From NCBI RefSeq assembly GCF_001194135.2, contig NC_068984.1, positions 76,419,012 through 76,483,011 of the forward strand: a stretch of 64,000 bases of DNA, read 5' to 3'. Made by a program: the position numbers and the translations under genes. The DNA comes from Octopus bimaculoides. Its lineage: Eukaryota. This document shows positions 12,813 through 26,650 of this stretch, piece after piece (within the stretch, counting starts at the first letter, position 1; every line of letters starts with the position of its first letter). Below the pieces are notes generated by a model, which saw only the letters and a program-made list of their open reading frames with translations, was not told the DNA's origin and did not search any database.

Positions 12813-14514
12813 TTAAGAGATCACTTGGTGCCTATAAAAAGTTGCCACTAAGTTTCAAACACCTGCTTTTAAACATAGATTGAATTACAGTAACACAACA
12901 ATAATTTTGATACATCATAAAATAAATGGAAAGTAAATAATAGTTTTTATCTGTTTTAGCTGGCTAAAATAGTTCTTCCATAATTTAAATAAAAGAACTT
13001 TTTCTGAAAATAAATATAAAATTCTTTAGGAGTTAATACATAATGGGGAAAAATGGGGAATATGTGCCAATAAAGAAAAACATCAAAGGCAAAATTAAGA
13101 CGAACAAATAGGACATGCAATTTACCTGTCAACTGCAAATCAAACTAATGAGTTTTTTTAGTGTGTTGGTGAAGTATGTTTATAAAAACACATACATTAT
13201 TAACTAAGCTAATGATGATGTAGTCAGATGTAATATTAGATTCAATGAAGCTACTAATGTTGTCATGGATAGAGACCAATGGCAAAAGTAGATTGGCACA
13301 ATAGTTGAGTACACAACATTTCTTATCTTATGTAGACTGGAGAAATCAAGGAAAATTTCCCTTTGACCAGATCAGTGGTTGTTTTTGATTTTGTGACACA
13401 TTGAAGATTAAAAGAAAGCAAAAACAAAAGAAAAAACACTGGTACACTGGATAAAAAAAAATTACTTGAGCACTTCACATGGAAAGAGTATTCCTTCAGA
13501 TTTTCCCCAACCCTTGAGCAAAACAATTGATGATTTGAGCAAATATATTTTAAATTCAAAGTTAGTGTGTAATATTCAAACTTTCTTGCAGTTTATCAAG
13601 CATACACTTGTAAATTAAAATGAGTGGTAAGAGTTTAATATGCACACTATCAGTACAATCACTGCACAACCATGCACCTGTGCATCTTAGAGAGAAAGCT
13701 TTTACTGATTAAAATTTAGGTGGGGGAGAGAGAAAAAGAGAACTATTCGTTTGTTTCATTAACCAAACTTGTGCAGAGCATAATTATGAATAATGTTTTT
13801 CAAGATGCTTGAAGTATTAATACAGAAGCTCTAATGCTTAAATCATATCTTTAAAAATTCACATTGCATCTAGATGCACCAGTGTGTTGTGGCACACTAT
13901 TTGAGAATTGTTGAACAAGATATATGACAGCAAGTGAATATCTTTTTTTTTACAAGAGAGAAATTAAATTAAAATGTGATATAAATGTAAAAGGAATGTC
14001 TCTTAAATGTTGAGGAGCCACTGAAAATCAAGTAACAAACTTTAGATGTGAGCCTTTCAACCTCCTGGGTTCTACCACTTCTGATTTTTCCTGTAGATGT
14101 TCAATCTAGGTACCAACAGTGTCAATCTCACCAGTCTGGAAGTGTGGCCTGCAAAGATCCTGCATGAACACCCCACTTCCTTTCACTAACTTACATAAAA
14201 AAAACAAAAATACATAAGAAAAGCAGCAGCTTCAGATTATCAAGTACTACCTAGTTAGAGTTTTATCTCTTACCTACTTAAGACCAAGAAACCAGAACTA
14301 AGCATCAACCCATAATAGCTTTCAGAGATTTTTTTTTAATGAATATTTGTTTATGGTTTATTATTAATTCAGATTTTTTATTTCCTTTCTACCTAAATTT
14401 TCAAAATAGCTTTTATGTAAATCCAATAATTCATTAAGTCACAGATACATTTGCATATCAGACTGATAAATTTTGAGCAGCCACTAAATTCTTGTAGAGG
14501 AAAGGAGAAGCCTA

Positions 14515-14765
14515 TAGTGGCTCTCAAAAATTTTTTGCTTATGGATCTTCTATTTTACTCAGGGGTAGGGACCTTCATAACCGTTTGATGTCTAAAAACT
14601 CTGATTATATTTTTATGATTAAATATCATTAGACACTGTATAAAAAAAATTGTTGAAATATTTTGTATATTGTAGAAATATAATCAGTTTATTGTACATA
14701 AATTCTAACAACAAAATCTTATATGGACCCCCAAGGGTCATATGGACCCTGGTTGAGAACCACTG
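14515..14765 (+). mobile_element. hAT-like MITE
   Basis: Ends TAGTGGCTCTCAA / TTGAGAACCACTG. Reverse complement of 53319-53569. No clean TSD. Confidence 0.65.
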
Positions 14766-16699
14766 ATCTAAATGATACATAAAAATCTTAATTTCTTATT
14801 TTGTTCAGTATTGTTTTTATATATTTTTAATATTACCTCTGCTTTTTTGTTGTGAACATCTTTTCATATACCTGGCCAATTAACCAAGAAGACCCATCCA
14901 CCACAGCAGTGCTGGTGCCATATAAAAAAACTCATGCTAGTGATATGTTAAAAGCACTGGTGCTGGTGCCACATAAAAACCACCCAGTACACTGTAGAGT
15001 GGTTGGAATTAGAAAGGACATCCACTCATAGAAACCATGCCAGAACAGTCAATGGAGTCTGGTGTAGCCCTTGGCCCTACCAGCTCCAGTCAAACCGTCC
15101 AATCCATGCTAGCATGGAAAAGGGATGTTAAATGATGATGATGATGATCATCATTATTTTATATAATTTACAAAACTTATCATTATCCAAAAATGAGAGA
15201 CTATCCACTATTATAAAACAAGTATAGTATAATGATAATCATTGTGTCCACTTGTCATGTCACACATAGCTAAACTGCCCAAAGTGATCTGTGTTGGTTG
15301 ATAGTATGAATGGCAGGGTAGTAGGGCAGTTAGACTGGATCCCTGAGTGGGAGCACTCAACATAGTAATGGTGGTGAACTGTGTGTGTGTATGTGTGTTG
15401 CTTAATGAATAAAGTGGTGAGGGAAGAGGGAGATGAATGTTACATTCAAAAGCTCAACTCACCAATTGTTAGCTGGTCTATATCAATGTTTACAGAATTT
15501 TTGAATCACTGTCTGTGCACCTATCTGTTTGAAAGTACATGTGCATTTATGTGTGTATACATAGGGATAAGCCAATTGGGTGCAGCTGTTTGGATGTTGA
15601 CAATTTGGTACTGGCGGTAGAGACACACATGCACAGAAATATACACATACCAAGAGATTGTGCCAAAGTATCTCATATCATGTATATAAATATGCATACA
15701 CTCATCTATATACACATGCATACAAACACATTTTCTTTTACACTGCAACCATGCTAGGGAATTGCCCAGAAGGGTTTTGTTCATATTGACTGTAGAACAT
15801 ATTTTACTGTTCTCTATTTATTGAATGGTTAAGTTAACTCTTGATGCAAAGAAATGCAACTAAATGCAGCATCATTTTTGCATTCCCACACACACAAGCA
15901 TGCACACATGACAAGGCTTTCCACATACTATCTCTCTACCAAATTACTTAAAAAACAAAATTTGCTCTTCCTAACTAGCTTTAGTACTGTTCGAGATATA
16001 AATTTGAAGACTTAAAAAATCAATCAATCAATCAATCAATTAATCAACCAACCAATTGATTAATCAATCAAGACAAAAATAGAGATAACTAATTCCTTGG
16101 TAGTTGAATAGGTTGAACTGCTAGGAGGAGAAGATGAAGCTAGAGCAATACAACCAAGAGAAATTGAAGAAGCAGTTTATAGCAGCTGTTGATCTAAATA
16201 CTGGATGGCTATTGTTACTAACCAAATAACAACAACAAAGAAAGACTACCTACCCCCCATAGGTGTTTTCAGTCTTCCAAATTGTTTAGTTTAGATTAAA
16301 CTTAGGGTGATAGCACCTGCTCCCAGCAGTGTTCAGGAAGTAAAGTTCCAGACACCAGCTTAAATAGCATGCTAGAGACCAAATAGGATACAATTAGTGT
16401 TTTGATTGTTCTTTTATTTATTTATTTATTTATTGGTTTTTATTTTTTGAAACTTCAAATTCTCTTTACATCAATGGCAAATCCTATATGTCTATTATCT
16501 TCTCTATCTTCCTTATCACTGGCTTTCTCCATTTTGTTATTTTAAATAAAAGTAAAATAAATAAAAAAAAAAACTTCTTGTCTTTTATAAATTAAAAAAA
16601 AACTTCTTGTCTTTTATTAACATTTAACTAATGCTTCTCAGAGAGAGAGAGAGAGAGGACTGGTGAGAGAGGAAACAAGAGTGAGGAAAAGAAGGGAAA

Positions 16700-16713
16700 G
16701 ATAAAACTAGAGC

Positions 16714-16809
<96 letters not shown>

Positions 16810-16810
16810 A
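16700..16810. repeat. (GA)n microsatellite, representative of many SSRs
   Basis: Direct read. Other large tracts: (GA)n 20158-20320, (CT)n 51045-51190, (TA)n 11390-11445, (TAA)n 11513-11538, (TCAA)n about 16018-16050. Confidence 0.95.
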
Positions 16811-17789
16811 ACAGAAATGCTAGGAGGAAATAAAAAGCTAGAGCAAGGTAAAGAGAAAAAGAGAGGAGAGAGAGAGGAAGGGTAAGATGCAAGAGAGAGT
16901 TGTCTTGGGAAAGAGTCTAATCAACTTGTCTCTTGTCAAGTGCACAACAGCTTAATTGTCCAAATATTCTGTGTGCAGTATGTTCAGGTGTAAATTGGAC
17001 TGGTGACTAAGGCATCTCAGAAAATTGATCGGATTCACCTGACTTAACGATCAAGTGGAATATAAATTAGGAAATAAATTTGCAAAAGAAGTCATATGCA
17101 TATGTTTAATAGCTGAGAGGTTAAGAAATCCATTTTACAACTATATGGTTCTTATGGGCATGTGTCTTCTACTGTAGTTACAAGTTAGTGAATGCTTTGA
17201 GTGGAGTTTGATAAATGGAAACTATGTAGAAGTCCACCATGTATATATATATATGTCTTTTATGTTTTACCTGTTTCAGTTATTAGACTGCAGCCATGCT
17301 GGAGTACCATCTTTACTGGTACAAGTACTGTAAAGTAATATATCTAATGGCCTATTGAGGGCCTGATATAAATACTGGAGAACCACTAAAGCCAATACAG
17401 TGTAAATTATTGTTAGAGTTTAAGCCTACTCCTGCAATCTAACTACTATAATTTATTACACACTCCCTGTCTTTCAACACTATTATTTGTTATACACCTA
17501 TAGACTAACTACCCCAGCTAACATAGATATAAGAAATATGCCCCAAACAGAACATTACTAGTTTTCTGGGGTTCTACTGTTTCACTGTGTTTAGTAACCA
17601 TATAAAGCACGCAGTATAAGTTCATTATTTACAAGCAAAAGTAAAGTAAATAATTATAATATAAATTCAGATTAATAAAATATTACTAGAACCTGTTGAA
17701 AACAATACAACTGTTTAAATTCAAACGGAAAAAAAAATTTTTTAAATTCATTTGGAATTGTATTTTTTCTGAAGTGTTTGATTCTTGAG

Positions 17790-17986
17790 ATATCTTCTAT
17801 CTTTTGTTCCAGCCATTAGACTGTGGCCATACTGGTGTACTGCCTTGAAGAATTGGCCCCAATATTTTTTTTTTAAGCCAGGTACTAATTCTGTCGATCT
17901 CTTTGCTGAACTGTTAAGTTATGGGAACGTAAACACACCAACATTGGCTGTCAAGCAATCGTGGGGACAAAGACACACACACACAC

Positions 17987-18037
<51 letters not shown>

Positions 18038-18232
18038 AAATAGTGGTGCAAGGTACCAATTTATATATATATGATGGGGTTCTTTCAATTTCTGTCTACC
18101 AAATCAACTCACAAGGCTTTGGTCAGCCTGAGGCTATAGTAGAAGATACTTGCCCAAGGTGCCATGAATGTGTGACTGTACCTGAAACCATGTGGTTGGG
18201 AAGCAAGCATCTTACCACACAGCCATGTCTGT
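17790..18232 (-). mobile_element. tRNA-derived SINE family A, near full length, with internal (CA)/(TA) microsatellite
   Basis: Head GTGGTAAGATGCTTGCTTCCCAACCACATGGTTTCAGG, central CCTTGGGCAAGT.TCTTCTACTATAGCC, tail shared with 26275-26650. Confidence 0.8.
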
Positions 18233-20169
18233 GCTGAGATAGTTTAAGTTTCTCAGAGATGGTTTTGAAGGTGCAATCTTAGGAGAAAATATCTTTGAAA
18301 ATGATATTTGTTTATACACATTTGTCGTTTCTACTTTCTGGGATGTTATCTGTTACATTTATCTTTACATCAAGAAGTAAATATGTTCAATAAAGAGCTA
18401 AATACAAATGACCATAACTGAAAATACTGGTTTATTTAGCTTTGTCTCTCCATTATGAATATCTTATTAAAATTACTAAAAAAGTATTGAAAGAATTATG
18501 TATACAGTAAATGCTTTAACTCTTTTAATATATAATCTGCTTGAGATTGTCTCAGTTTCTAAGATAAAAACTTCCTGTTTAATGTGGTCAAAATTAAAAT
18601 ATTCCTTCAAAATTTCATATTAATTTATGTTCCAAACACTAGCTAAGCAATGACCAAAATATTTTTTATTAAATTCTTTATATTTTAAAAATTAATCCAA
18701 ACACAAGCAGTATACTTTAACAGAAGTATGATAACAAAAGGATTAAACAATCTTAGCTATTGGATGAAATCAAAAACACAATCTTTTTACATTAATATTC
18801 TGCTAGTGTATATCTAACACTTTAGCAACTCTTGAAATGTTGTACATCCTTATTTTCATATCAGAAAAAAGTGCACGTGGCTGAACTGGAACCCACAATC
18901 CCAGCAAATAATAATAGCTGCCTTGCAGAGCTGTACAGTCTCTCTCTTTCTCTCCCCCCTCTCTCTCTCCACACACACACACATATATACATATTACAAT
19001 TTAAAATAGTTGTTTCCCAGTCAGTTTGTCTTATGAATGAATGCAATGTTATGATAGATTATGCCTGCAATTCTATTCCATAATTAAGCATTGCAAATAG
19101 ATTGTATCAGAAAAAAATGCTACAGATTAAAACAAGAAATTGGTTTACTACATCTAGCATTTGCAGATTCATCAAATACCCAAGCTGAACATACAGACTA
19201 AAGACTGCCTAGATACGTGAGGAGTGTAACTGCACATTTTGGCTAGAGTTTGACTCAGCCCTCCTACCCTCTCTTGCACATATACATACACACACAATAC
19301 CTGCAGCTTACTTGTTTACCTCCCCACCTTTCTTCTTACAAAACATTAGTAACACACCTAAATATTACTGCCATACTACCTTAGTATCACTTTCTTCTTC
19401 GTCCAATCTAATTCAAGCTCCAAGAACACTTATGTAAGAAAGTAATAAAAATATATGAACTTATAATATCCGTATGTATTCAGTTTCACTGTGAAATTAG
19501 GCCTACACTGGCCTTTTCAGAAGATTGAGATGAGAGGTTGCTTATTCAAGGCTGTCCTGGGTCTAATCAACAACCACCACCTTTACTACAGTGATGCACA
19601 AAATGGAGCACATAACCAAGATGTGGGCTACAGCTACATTTTTATATGAAAGAATGAGATCATGTACATTGATCACGAGGCTTCACAATTACACTATGAA
19701 ATGTTTTTCTTTCTTTAACCTTATATTTTTCACTTTTCAAATTAATCATCACAGCATTAAGCATACAAAATAAAGAAATTAGCTATATAGTGAAAAATAG
19801 TGTTCTCTCACCGCTAGACTGACAGCCCAACATTGATGATTATTTGAGACAAGTGTGATGTCCTCTTAAGTGGAACATATACTAGAGTGTCTTATGATTG
19901 ATCAAACATTATATTCTGCGTTTTTTTGTTGTAATTTTGTTTCATTCACTCATGTTAGAGAGGGTAAATTTGTTCAACCCACTAGAAATAACACCCATAT
20001 TTTTGAAAGTGGAAAGACTCATTGGATAAAGAAGTCTTAGAAAGATTGTCGGAATAAAAAAGACTGGATGGACACAGCTGGAATGCTTTCCATAGTCAAT
20101 CTGTTTCATCTGAGCTGGTCTGGGGTTAAACAAGTATATTTATTACAATGTGTGTGTGAGAGAGAGAGG

Positions 20170-20227
<58 letters not shown>

Positions 20228-20249
20228 GAGAGANNNNNNNNNNGAGAGA

Positions 20250-20281
<32 letters not shown>

Positions 20282-20286
20282 CAGAA

Positions 20287-20320
<34 letters not shown>

Positions 20321-23300
20321 TTATTGGCAGGGGGCTGGTATGCAAGCAGATGCTACCAACATCTTGATGGATTAAAGTTAAATTTTAATGATATGGAATC
20401 AAAGACAACTGTGGAGTTTTCTTCTGTTGCAAAATATTTCATATAACACTGTATTCAATCTTTTGTAATCTTTTATTATTATTTTAGAGGTGGAATACCC
20501 AAGTTGATAAAATACTGGACTACAAAACATAGGTCAAAAGTTCAAATCCTGCAGCAAGCACTATGTTGCATTTCTGGGTGAAATATTATCTAATACAGAC
20601 TGGTATTGTTATCCAGGATAAAAGTTCTCTTATTGTTCTGTTTGAAACAAAAGAAAATTTCTGAAACACAGGGAAGTTTCCAAAAGAACCAAAGCTTCTG
20701 ATGATGAGATGTCAACTTTTGAGGATCTTGTAATAGTGATCTTTTTCACGTTAAAATTTTTCATGGCTTACTCAGAGGAGGTAAAGAAGCGTCCATTACC
20801 TTTTGCAAGACTTTTGAGACTTGTGGGAAGGAGATGGAGGGAAGGAAGAAAACATAACTTAAAGGATGAGGAGCATCAAGATATTCAGTTATTCTCAGAT
20901 TAGAGATTTAGTCTGGATGCTTGCAACAGAATCAACTCTGTTAAAGTTGCTGAAGGGTCAGGCGATGATGTTAGAAAAAAACAAGTGTTAAGTTTACCAT
21001 CCTAAAGTATAGGCAATTTTTTTTAATTGAGTTTTCACAATTTTCACAGACCAAATTTCAATTATGTTTGGGGTTAATCTGAGGTATAGTAAAGAAATCT
21101 GAAAAAGGTGCCATGGAGTGGAGGAGTTTGGAAGGGCAACCAACTGTAAAAACCATGCCAAAGCAGACAGAGCTTGATGCTGTCCTTGGACACACTGGAT
21201 TTTGTCAAACAGTCCAACGCATGCCAGCATAGAACAGTGGGTACACAAACTTAACGTTTACAACTCTATGGACTAAGTTTGGCACCAAAATCTGTGAAAT
21301 TCCACAATTATGTGTACACACACATATACACAAACAAAATGCATAATGCAGGTGTGTATGTATGTGAATATATTTATACATACCTATGTGCATATGTATA
21401 TAGATGTGTGTGTGTGCCTATGCATGAGCACATATTTTGTATGCAAGAGCATGTATATATATATGTGTATTTTTATTTATAAATTTGAATGTGTGTGAGT
21501 ATTCTCATAAAATGATTAAGGAATTAAACAGTCAATGATGAACACAATTCATTACAAGGATACCAGGACTAATGCAAGGGTAACAACAATTATGATTATC
21601 CTATAAATTACCTCACATGATCTGTATATTTATCCTGCACAGTGTTGTGTAGTTCCATGTATTCACATCCAAAATGGAGATGTGTACGAACATTCCCATG
21701 TGGCAGGCTTGATCATTGTTGAGATGTTTCTCTCTACATGAAACCATTGTTTGTCTTGTTAAACCACAAATAAGGAGTATTTATGCACTGATGCAGTGTT
21801 GAGCATTCATTCTCGCTGTCTGATATTAGTTTATAAATATATAAACTATTGTGTGTGTGTGTGTGTGTGTGTATACACACACACACACAATTGGCTTCCT
21901 CCAGATTCCATTCACCAAATTCAGTCACAAAGCTTTGGTCCTCTGTAGCTATAGCAGAAGACACTTGTCCAAGGTTATACAAAGTCAACTATACCTCAAT
22001 ACATAGCAATAGTTTTCACAGAAAACTGATATCTGATAGGAACAATGAATGCTGGGAATCAAGGTATTGTAATTTTAATTGCCTCTCAGTAAAGCTACTT
22101 GAGGAGTGTTCCTTGTCTGAAAGTTAATTTACTGATTAAACTGGAGTGAATGGTTTACTTTTATTTTTGAAGAAACATGCCATTAGTCAGAATGTTTATC
22201 TGGTGTCAGTACCTACTCTGAAAAAGGGCCTTTTGTCTTGTAATGATTTCTTTGTTTATGCTAAAACAAGAACTGGAATTACAACATTGGCAGATATTTC
22301 TTAAAGTGTTCTTTCATAAAAACAAGCTTTCCTTCATGTTATATTTATGACATAGCTGCAGTTTTGGATGAAATCTAGGCTAAAATGGTTGATAGGAATT
22401 CAGTGCACTTTGCTGAGTGCACTGAATTCCTATCAGTATGATAATGATCTTTGCAATCTATAAATGGTCAATGAAGAATCTGAGCAACAATGGAATGGCT
22501 CAGCATCAGTGACAACACATTGTGCAAACTTTTCCATGGGATTTATGCAGATTAAACATTATGGTTAACTTTAAGATCTTCTTGGTCTGATATAGCTATT
22601 GAAGGCTGTACAAGTTGTACAAACAGTACAGAATGAACAGCAGGGAATATTCAAGATATGGTAAGACAGATGGAACTTGCTGAGAGCTCCCACAACTGTC
22701 TGTCAGCTTCAGATGAATAGCTGTTGTGTTCTGTGGGAAGGATTAAGTTGTTTATCAGGTCCATTGTAAAGGTTTGCAAGGTGCCTTGCTTTCACATGCA
22801 AGGTCATCCGGTACAGTTGTTGTGTCTGGCTGTTATAACAAAAGAGGTACTGTTGTGGATGAGTTTGAAAGGTTTGAGGTCAAATACTATTATTTCAAAT
22901 GAATGTAAACCAACAGACCTTGTTTGCTGTACAAGGGCTGAGTTTATGGTGACTGAATGGATCAACTCTTTGGGAGAAAGAGGGGACATTTAGCTTTATA
23001 ATGAGTGTAATTAGTATGAATGGGCTGCTCTGATTTGTCCTATGTTACTAGCTATTTACCTATTTCAAATATGAAAATAGTTTAGATTAAAAACCAATAA
23101 ACAACAGGCACAGGCAGTTAGTATGTGGTAAGAAGTTTGCTTCCTAACCACATAGTTTAGGGTTCAGTGTCACTGCATGGCACCTTGGGTAGGTGTCTTC
23201 TACTATAGCCCTAAGCCAATCAAAGCCTTGTGAATGGATTTGGTAGATGAAAACTGAAATATATATATTTCCCTTGTAGCAAAATCATAAGAGGCGGAGA

Positions 23301-24209
23301 GAGAATATAGGTTCGTTTGCCCAAACAGGAGAAATTGTTGATTTCTCATTGGTTAAAAATTACTGTCCATATACGAATTCTAAACTTTTGTTAAAGAAAT
23401 CTTTCATGAAGTACGGTTCTTAGAATTCATGTATGAGCAGTTATAAAAACCCTGATTTTTGGGAAATTATTCAGTGATCGTTGGTTATCACTCAAATCCA
23501 CGACACTCACACTCCGGTGTTTGTTGGTTGTTACTCAATGCCATGACTGAGATCCTTAAAGTAAGATAGGGAAGTTAAAGGAAAGTTAAGTAGGGTTGTT
23601 GGGGATTATGTAAGGGGTGTTGTGGACATATGCTGTGGTTATTTAGGTTGCATTTAAATCTGTGGTCAAATTTGAAGGTAGCACTCCACAGAATGTGACG
23701 AGGCTGACCTTTTGAAATACAGGTACAACTCAGGTTTACCAGCTGAGTCATCTGAAGCAGCATGAAATAAAGTGTTAATTTTCTTTAGAGTTTGATACTA
23801 AATCTGATGGTCTTGCTGTAGCACTAAATTATGGGGACATAAACAAACTAACACTGGATGTCAAGTGGTGGTGGTGGGGGATAAAGAGACACAAAGATGT
23901 GCACACATACATATGACAGGCTTCCACACAGTTTCTCTATCAAATTCATTTATAGGTCACTGGTCGGTCTGAAGCTATAGTAGAAGATACTTGCTCAAGA
24001 TGCACTAAGGGAGTGAGGCTGAAACCACATTGATAAAAAGGAAGCTTCTTACCACACAGTTATGCTTGTACTTATATCATTAAATATACTTATTTCTTTA
24101 AGTAAAACAGTTCTTGATTAATATTCTTATTTCCATGAATTCATAATTCTTCAACAAACCAGTCCTTGAAGAAGTGAAACAGAAAGTCTCCAGCAGAATA
24201 TGAACTCAT

Positions 24210-25305
24210 ATGTATGAGGGGGTAAAGACAAGAGTTAGAATTGGATCAGAGCTGTCAGAGGAGCTTGCGGTGAAAGTTGGTGTGCATCAGGGATCTGTAT
24301 TGTTTGCATTAGTGGTTGATGCGGTGATGGAGGGTGCAAGAGAGGGATTGATAATGGAGATAATGTATGCAGCTGACCTTGTTCTGATGAGGGAGACAAT
24401 GGAGGGATTGAGGGAGAAGTTTTGGAAATAGAAGGAGACACTTGAAAGCAAGGTTTTGAAGGTAAACCTCAAGAAGACAAAGGTAATGGTGAGAGGGTGG
24501 AAAGAAAAGTTAGTGAGTAAGGTGGATCCATGTGGTGTATATGGGAGGAGGGTAATGGCAAATGTGATGTGAACAAAATGTGAGAAATGGATTCATGGTA
24601 GATGTACGAAAATGAAGAAGGTGACTGCAAAATTGGCGAGAGAGTTTGTTTGTGGAAGATGTGAGAAAGGAGCTGGAGGGCCAGCAGAACCAGTGGAAGT
24701 GCTATGTAACGAGGTGGAAACGGTGAGAGGGTTTTGTTATTTGGGAGACAGGGTGGATGTAAGTAGTGGATGTGAAGCAGCTGTGACAGCAAGGGGGGTG
24801 GAGTTCAGGGAATGTGGAGCATTGTTATATGGGAAAAGGTTCTCATTAAAGATGAAAGGAAGAGTCTATAAGAGTTGTGTGAGAGCTGCAATGCTGTATG
24901 GGAGTGAGACATGATGTCTGAGGGAGAGAGAGATGGTAATTTTGAGAAATGTGCAGGGTGGAGCTGTTTGATAAGAGGAGGACTGAGGATTTGATGGGAA
25001 TGCTGGGGTTGAAGGAATCGGTGGAATGGTTGGCAAGAGTGAATGGAGTGAGGTGATATGGGCATGTGTTGAGGAGGGAGATTGTGCTTGAGGTAAATGG
25101 AGCACAAAAGTGAGGTGGACTGAGAAAAGGGTGGAGGGGACAGGTGGAGGAGACTGGGAGGGTTGGTTTGAAAAAGGACGCCCAAAACCGGGCAAGATGG
25201 TGAGATGGTGTGAGGGCAGTTGCTATGGCATTGAGGTAGATCCAGCCACCCCCGTTAACGGGAACAAAACTCGGATTTAAAACACTGGATGATGATGATG
25301 ATGAT
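24210..25305 (+). mobile_element. 5'-truncated RTE-clade LINE (RT plus C-terminus), second family, (GAT)n tail
   Basis: MYEGVKTRVRIG...KVGVHQGSVL...MYAADLVL; FCYLGDRV...RAAMLYGSET; LARVNGVR.YGHVL. Stops and frameshifts present. Ends AACACTG(GAT)n. Confidence 0.9.
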
Positions 25306-26274
25306 CACTGCAAGAAACTGATCACTCGCCTGACTAGAAATAACAGCTAACTTTCCCTTAAATCATGTACAACCATCTTAAAAAGGGAAATACATTATAT
25401 AATGTAGTGCTAGGTACATTTTATGTAGGGGGTAAAATAGATAGGATGGTCACAGTTGAAATGCTTTTTGTCATAGGTCTGTTCAACAAAGCCTGATTTT
25501 CAACTAAAAATGAATGCTAACTGCTTTGACAAAATGGTCAAAAATACTTTCGACCGTTAGTCTGCTCAATCAAATCTGACCTGGGGTTAAGCAACTAATT
25601 CGTATTCTATATAGTCGTGGTAGTTCAGGATGCTAGAAATAGTAGCCAAATCTTTGTAAACCACTCAACCATCTTTGGAAAGTAAAGAGTTCATTGGACA
25701 ATATAGCTGTGCATATCCCTCACCTCGAAAAACAAATGGTTATCACTGAAATACTGTCGCTTATAGGTCTGCTTGATCAGGGCTAATCCAAACAACGACA
25801 CCCATTTTACGAATTTTGTAATTTCACTGCGAGATTAAATGTGTACAAAATATGATTTCGTATATAAAGTCACTGACTCTTATACACAATGGCTCTGGTT
25901 GTGTCATAATCAACCTCATGTGGTTATGTTTGTGAAAGAGGAACATCATATGATGACATAAGCCTTGTGACAGATCGGTGAAATGGGAGGGTAAAGGATG
26001 CACACACACACACACACACCATAATAAAACCAAAACCACGTAATTTTTGCATGTGACCTCACACTCTCAGAACATTAAAGAGATCTTAAAACAGATGTTT
26101 TAAGGCATTTAATAGTCCTCTCTGTATTGGCATATTGAAAACAATTCGTGTGTTATTAAAGCCACTATCTCTGTAAACATTGTATGTAGGTGTGTTTATC
26201 TATGTATACACACACAAAGGTACATGTATATAAATATGCCAACTCCAAAGATCGCACACACACACACATATACT

Positions 26275-26650
26275 CTTTTACTTGTTTCAGTCATTTGACT
26301 ATGGCCATGCTGAAGCACCACCTTTAGTCGAGCAAATCGACCCTATGACTTATTCTTTGGAAGCCTGGTACTTATTCTATCGGTCTCTTTGTCGAACCGC
26401 TAGGTTACGGGGACGTAAACACACCACTATCGGTTGTCAAGCGATATTGGGGGGGGGGGACAAACACAGACACACAAATATATACATACGCATATATACG
26501 ACGGGCTTCTTTCAGTTTCCGTCTACCAAATCCACTCACAAGGTTTTGGTCGGCCGGAGGCTATAGTAGAAGACACTTGCCCGAAGTGCCACGTAGTGGA
26601 AATGAACCCGGAACCATATGGTTGGTAAGCAAGCTACTTACCACACAGCC
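26275..26650 (-). mobile_element. tRNA-derived SINE family A, full length, CpGs retained
   Basis: Head GGTAAGTAGCTTGCTTACCAACCATATGGTTCCGGGTTC, body GGTAGACGGAAACTGAAAGAAGCCCGTCG, tail GACTGAAACAAGTAAAAGAGT. Confidence 0.85.

Noticed and set aside
16564-16619. Tandem duplication of about 29 bp (A-run + CTTCTTGTCTTTTAT)
   Set aside because: Ordinary slippage at a poly-A tract.
20695-20790. C/D box snoRNA (ATGATGA)
   Set aside because: No properly placed CTGA D box or terminal stem.
22720-22995. 89-aa ORF or possible retroelement fragment
   Set aside because: No motif I can identify with confidence and no splice context; left unannotated.
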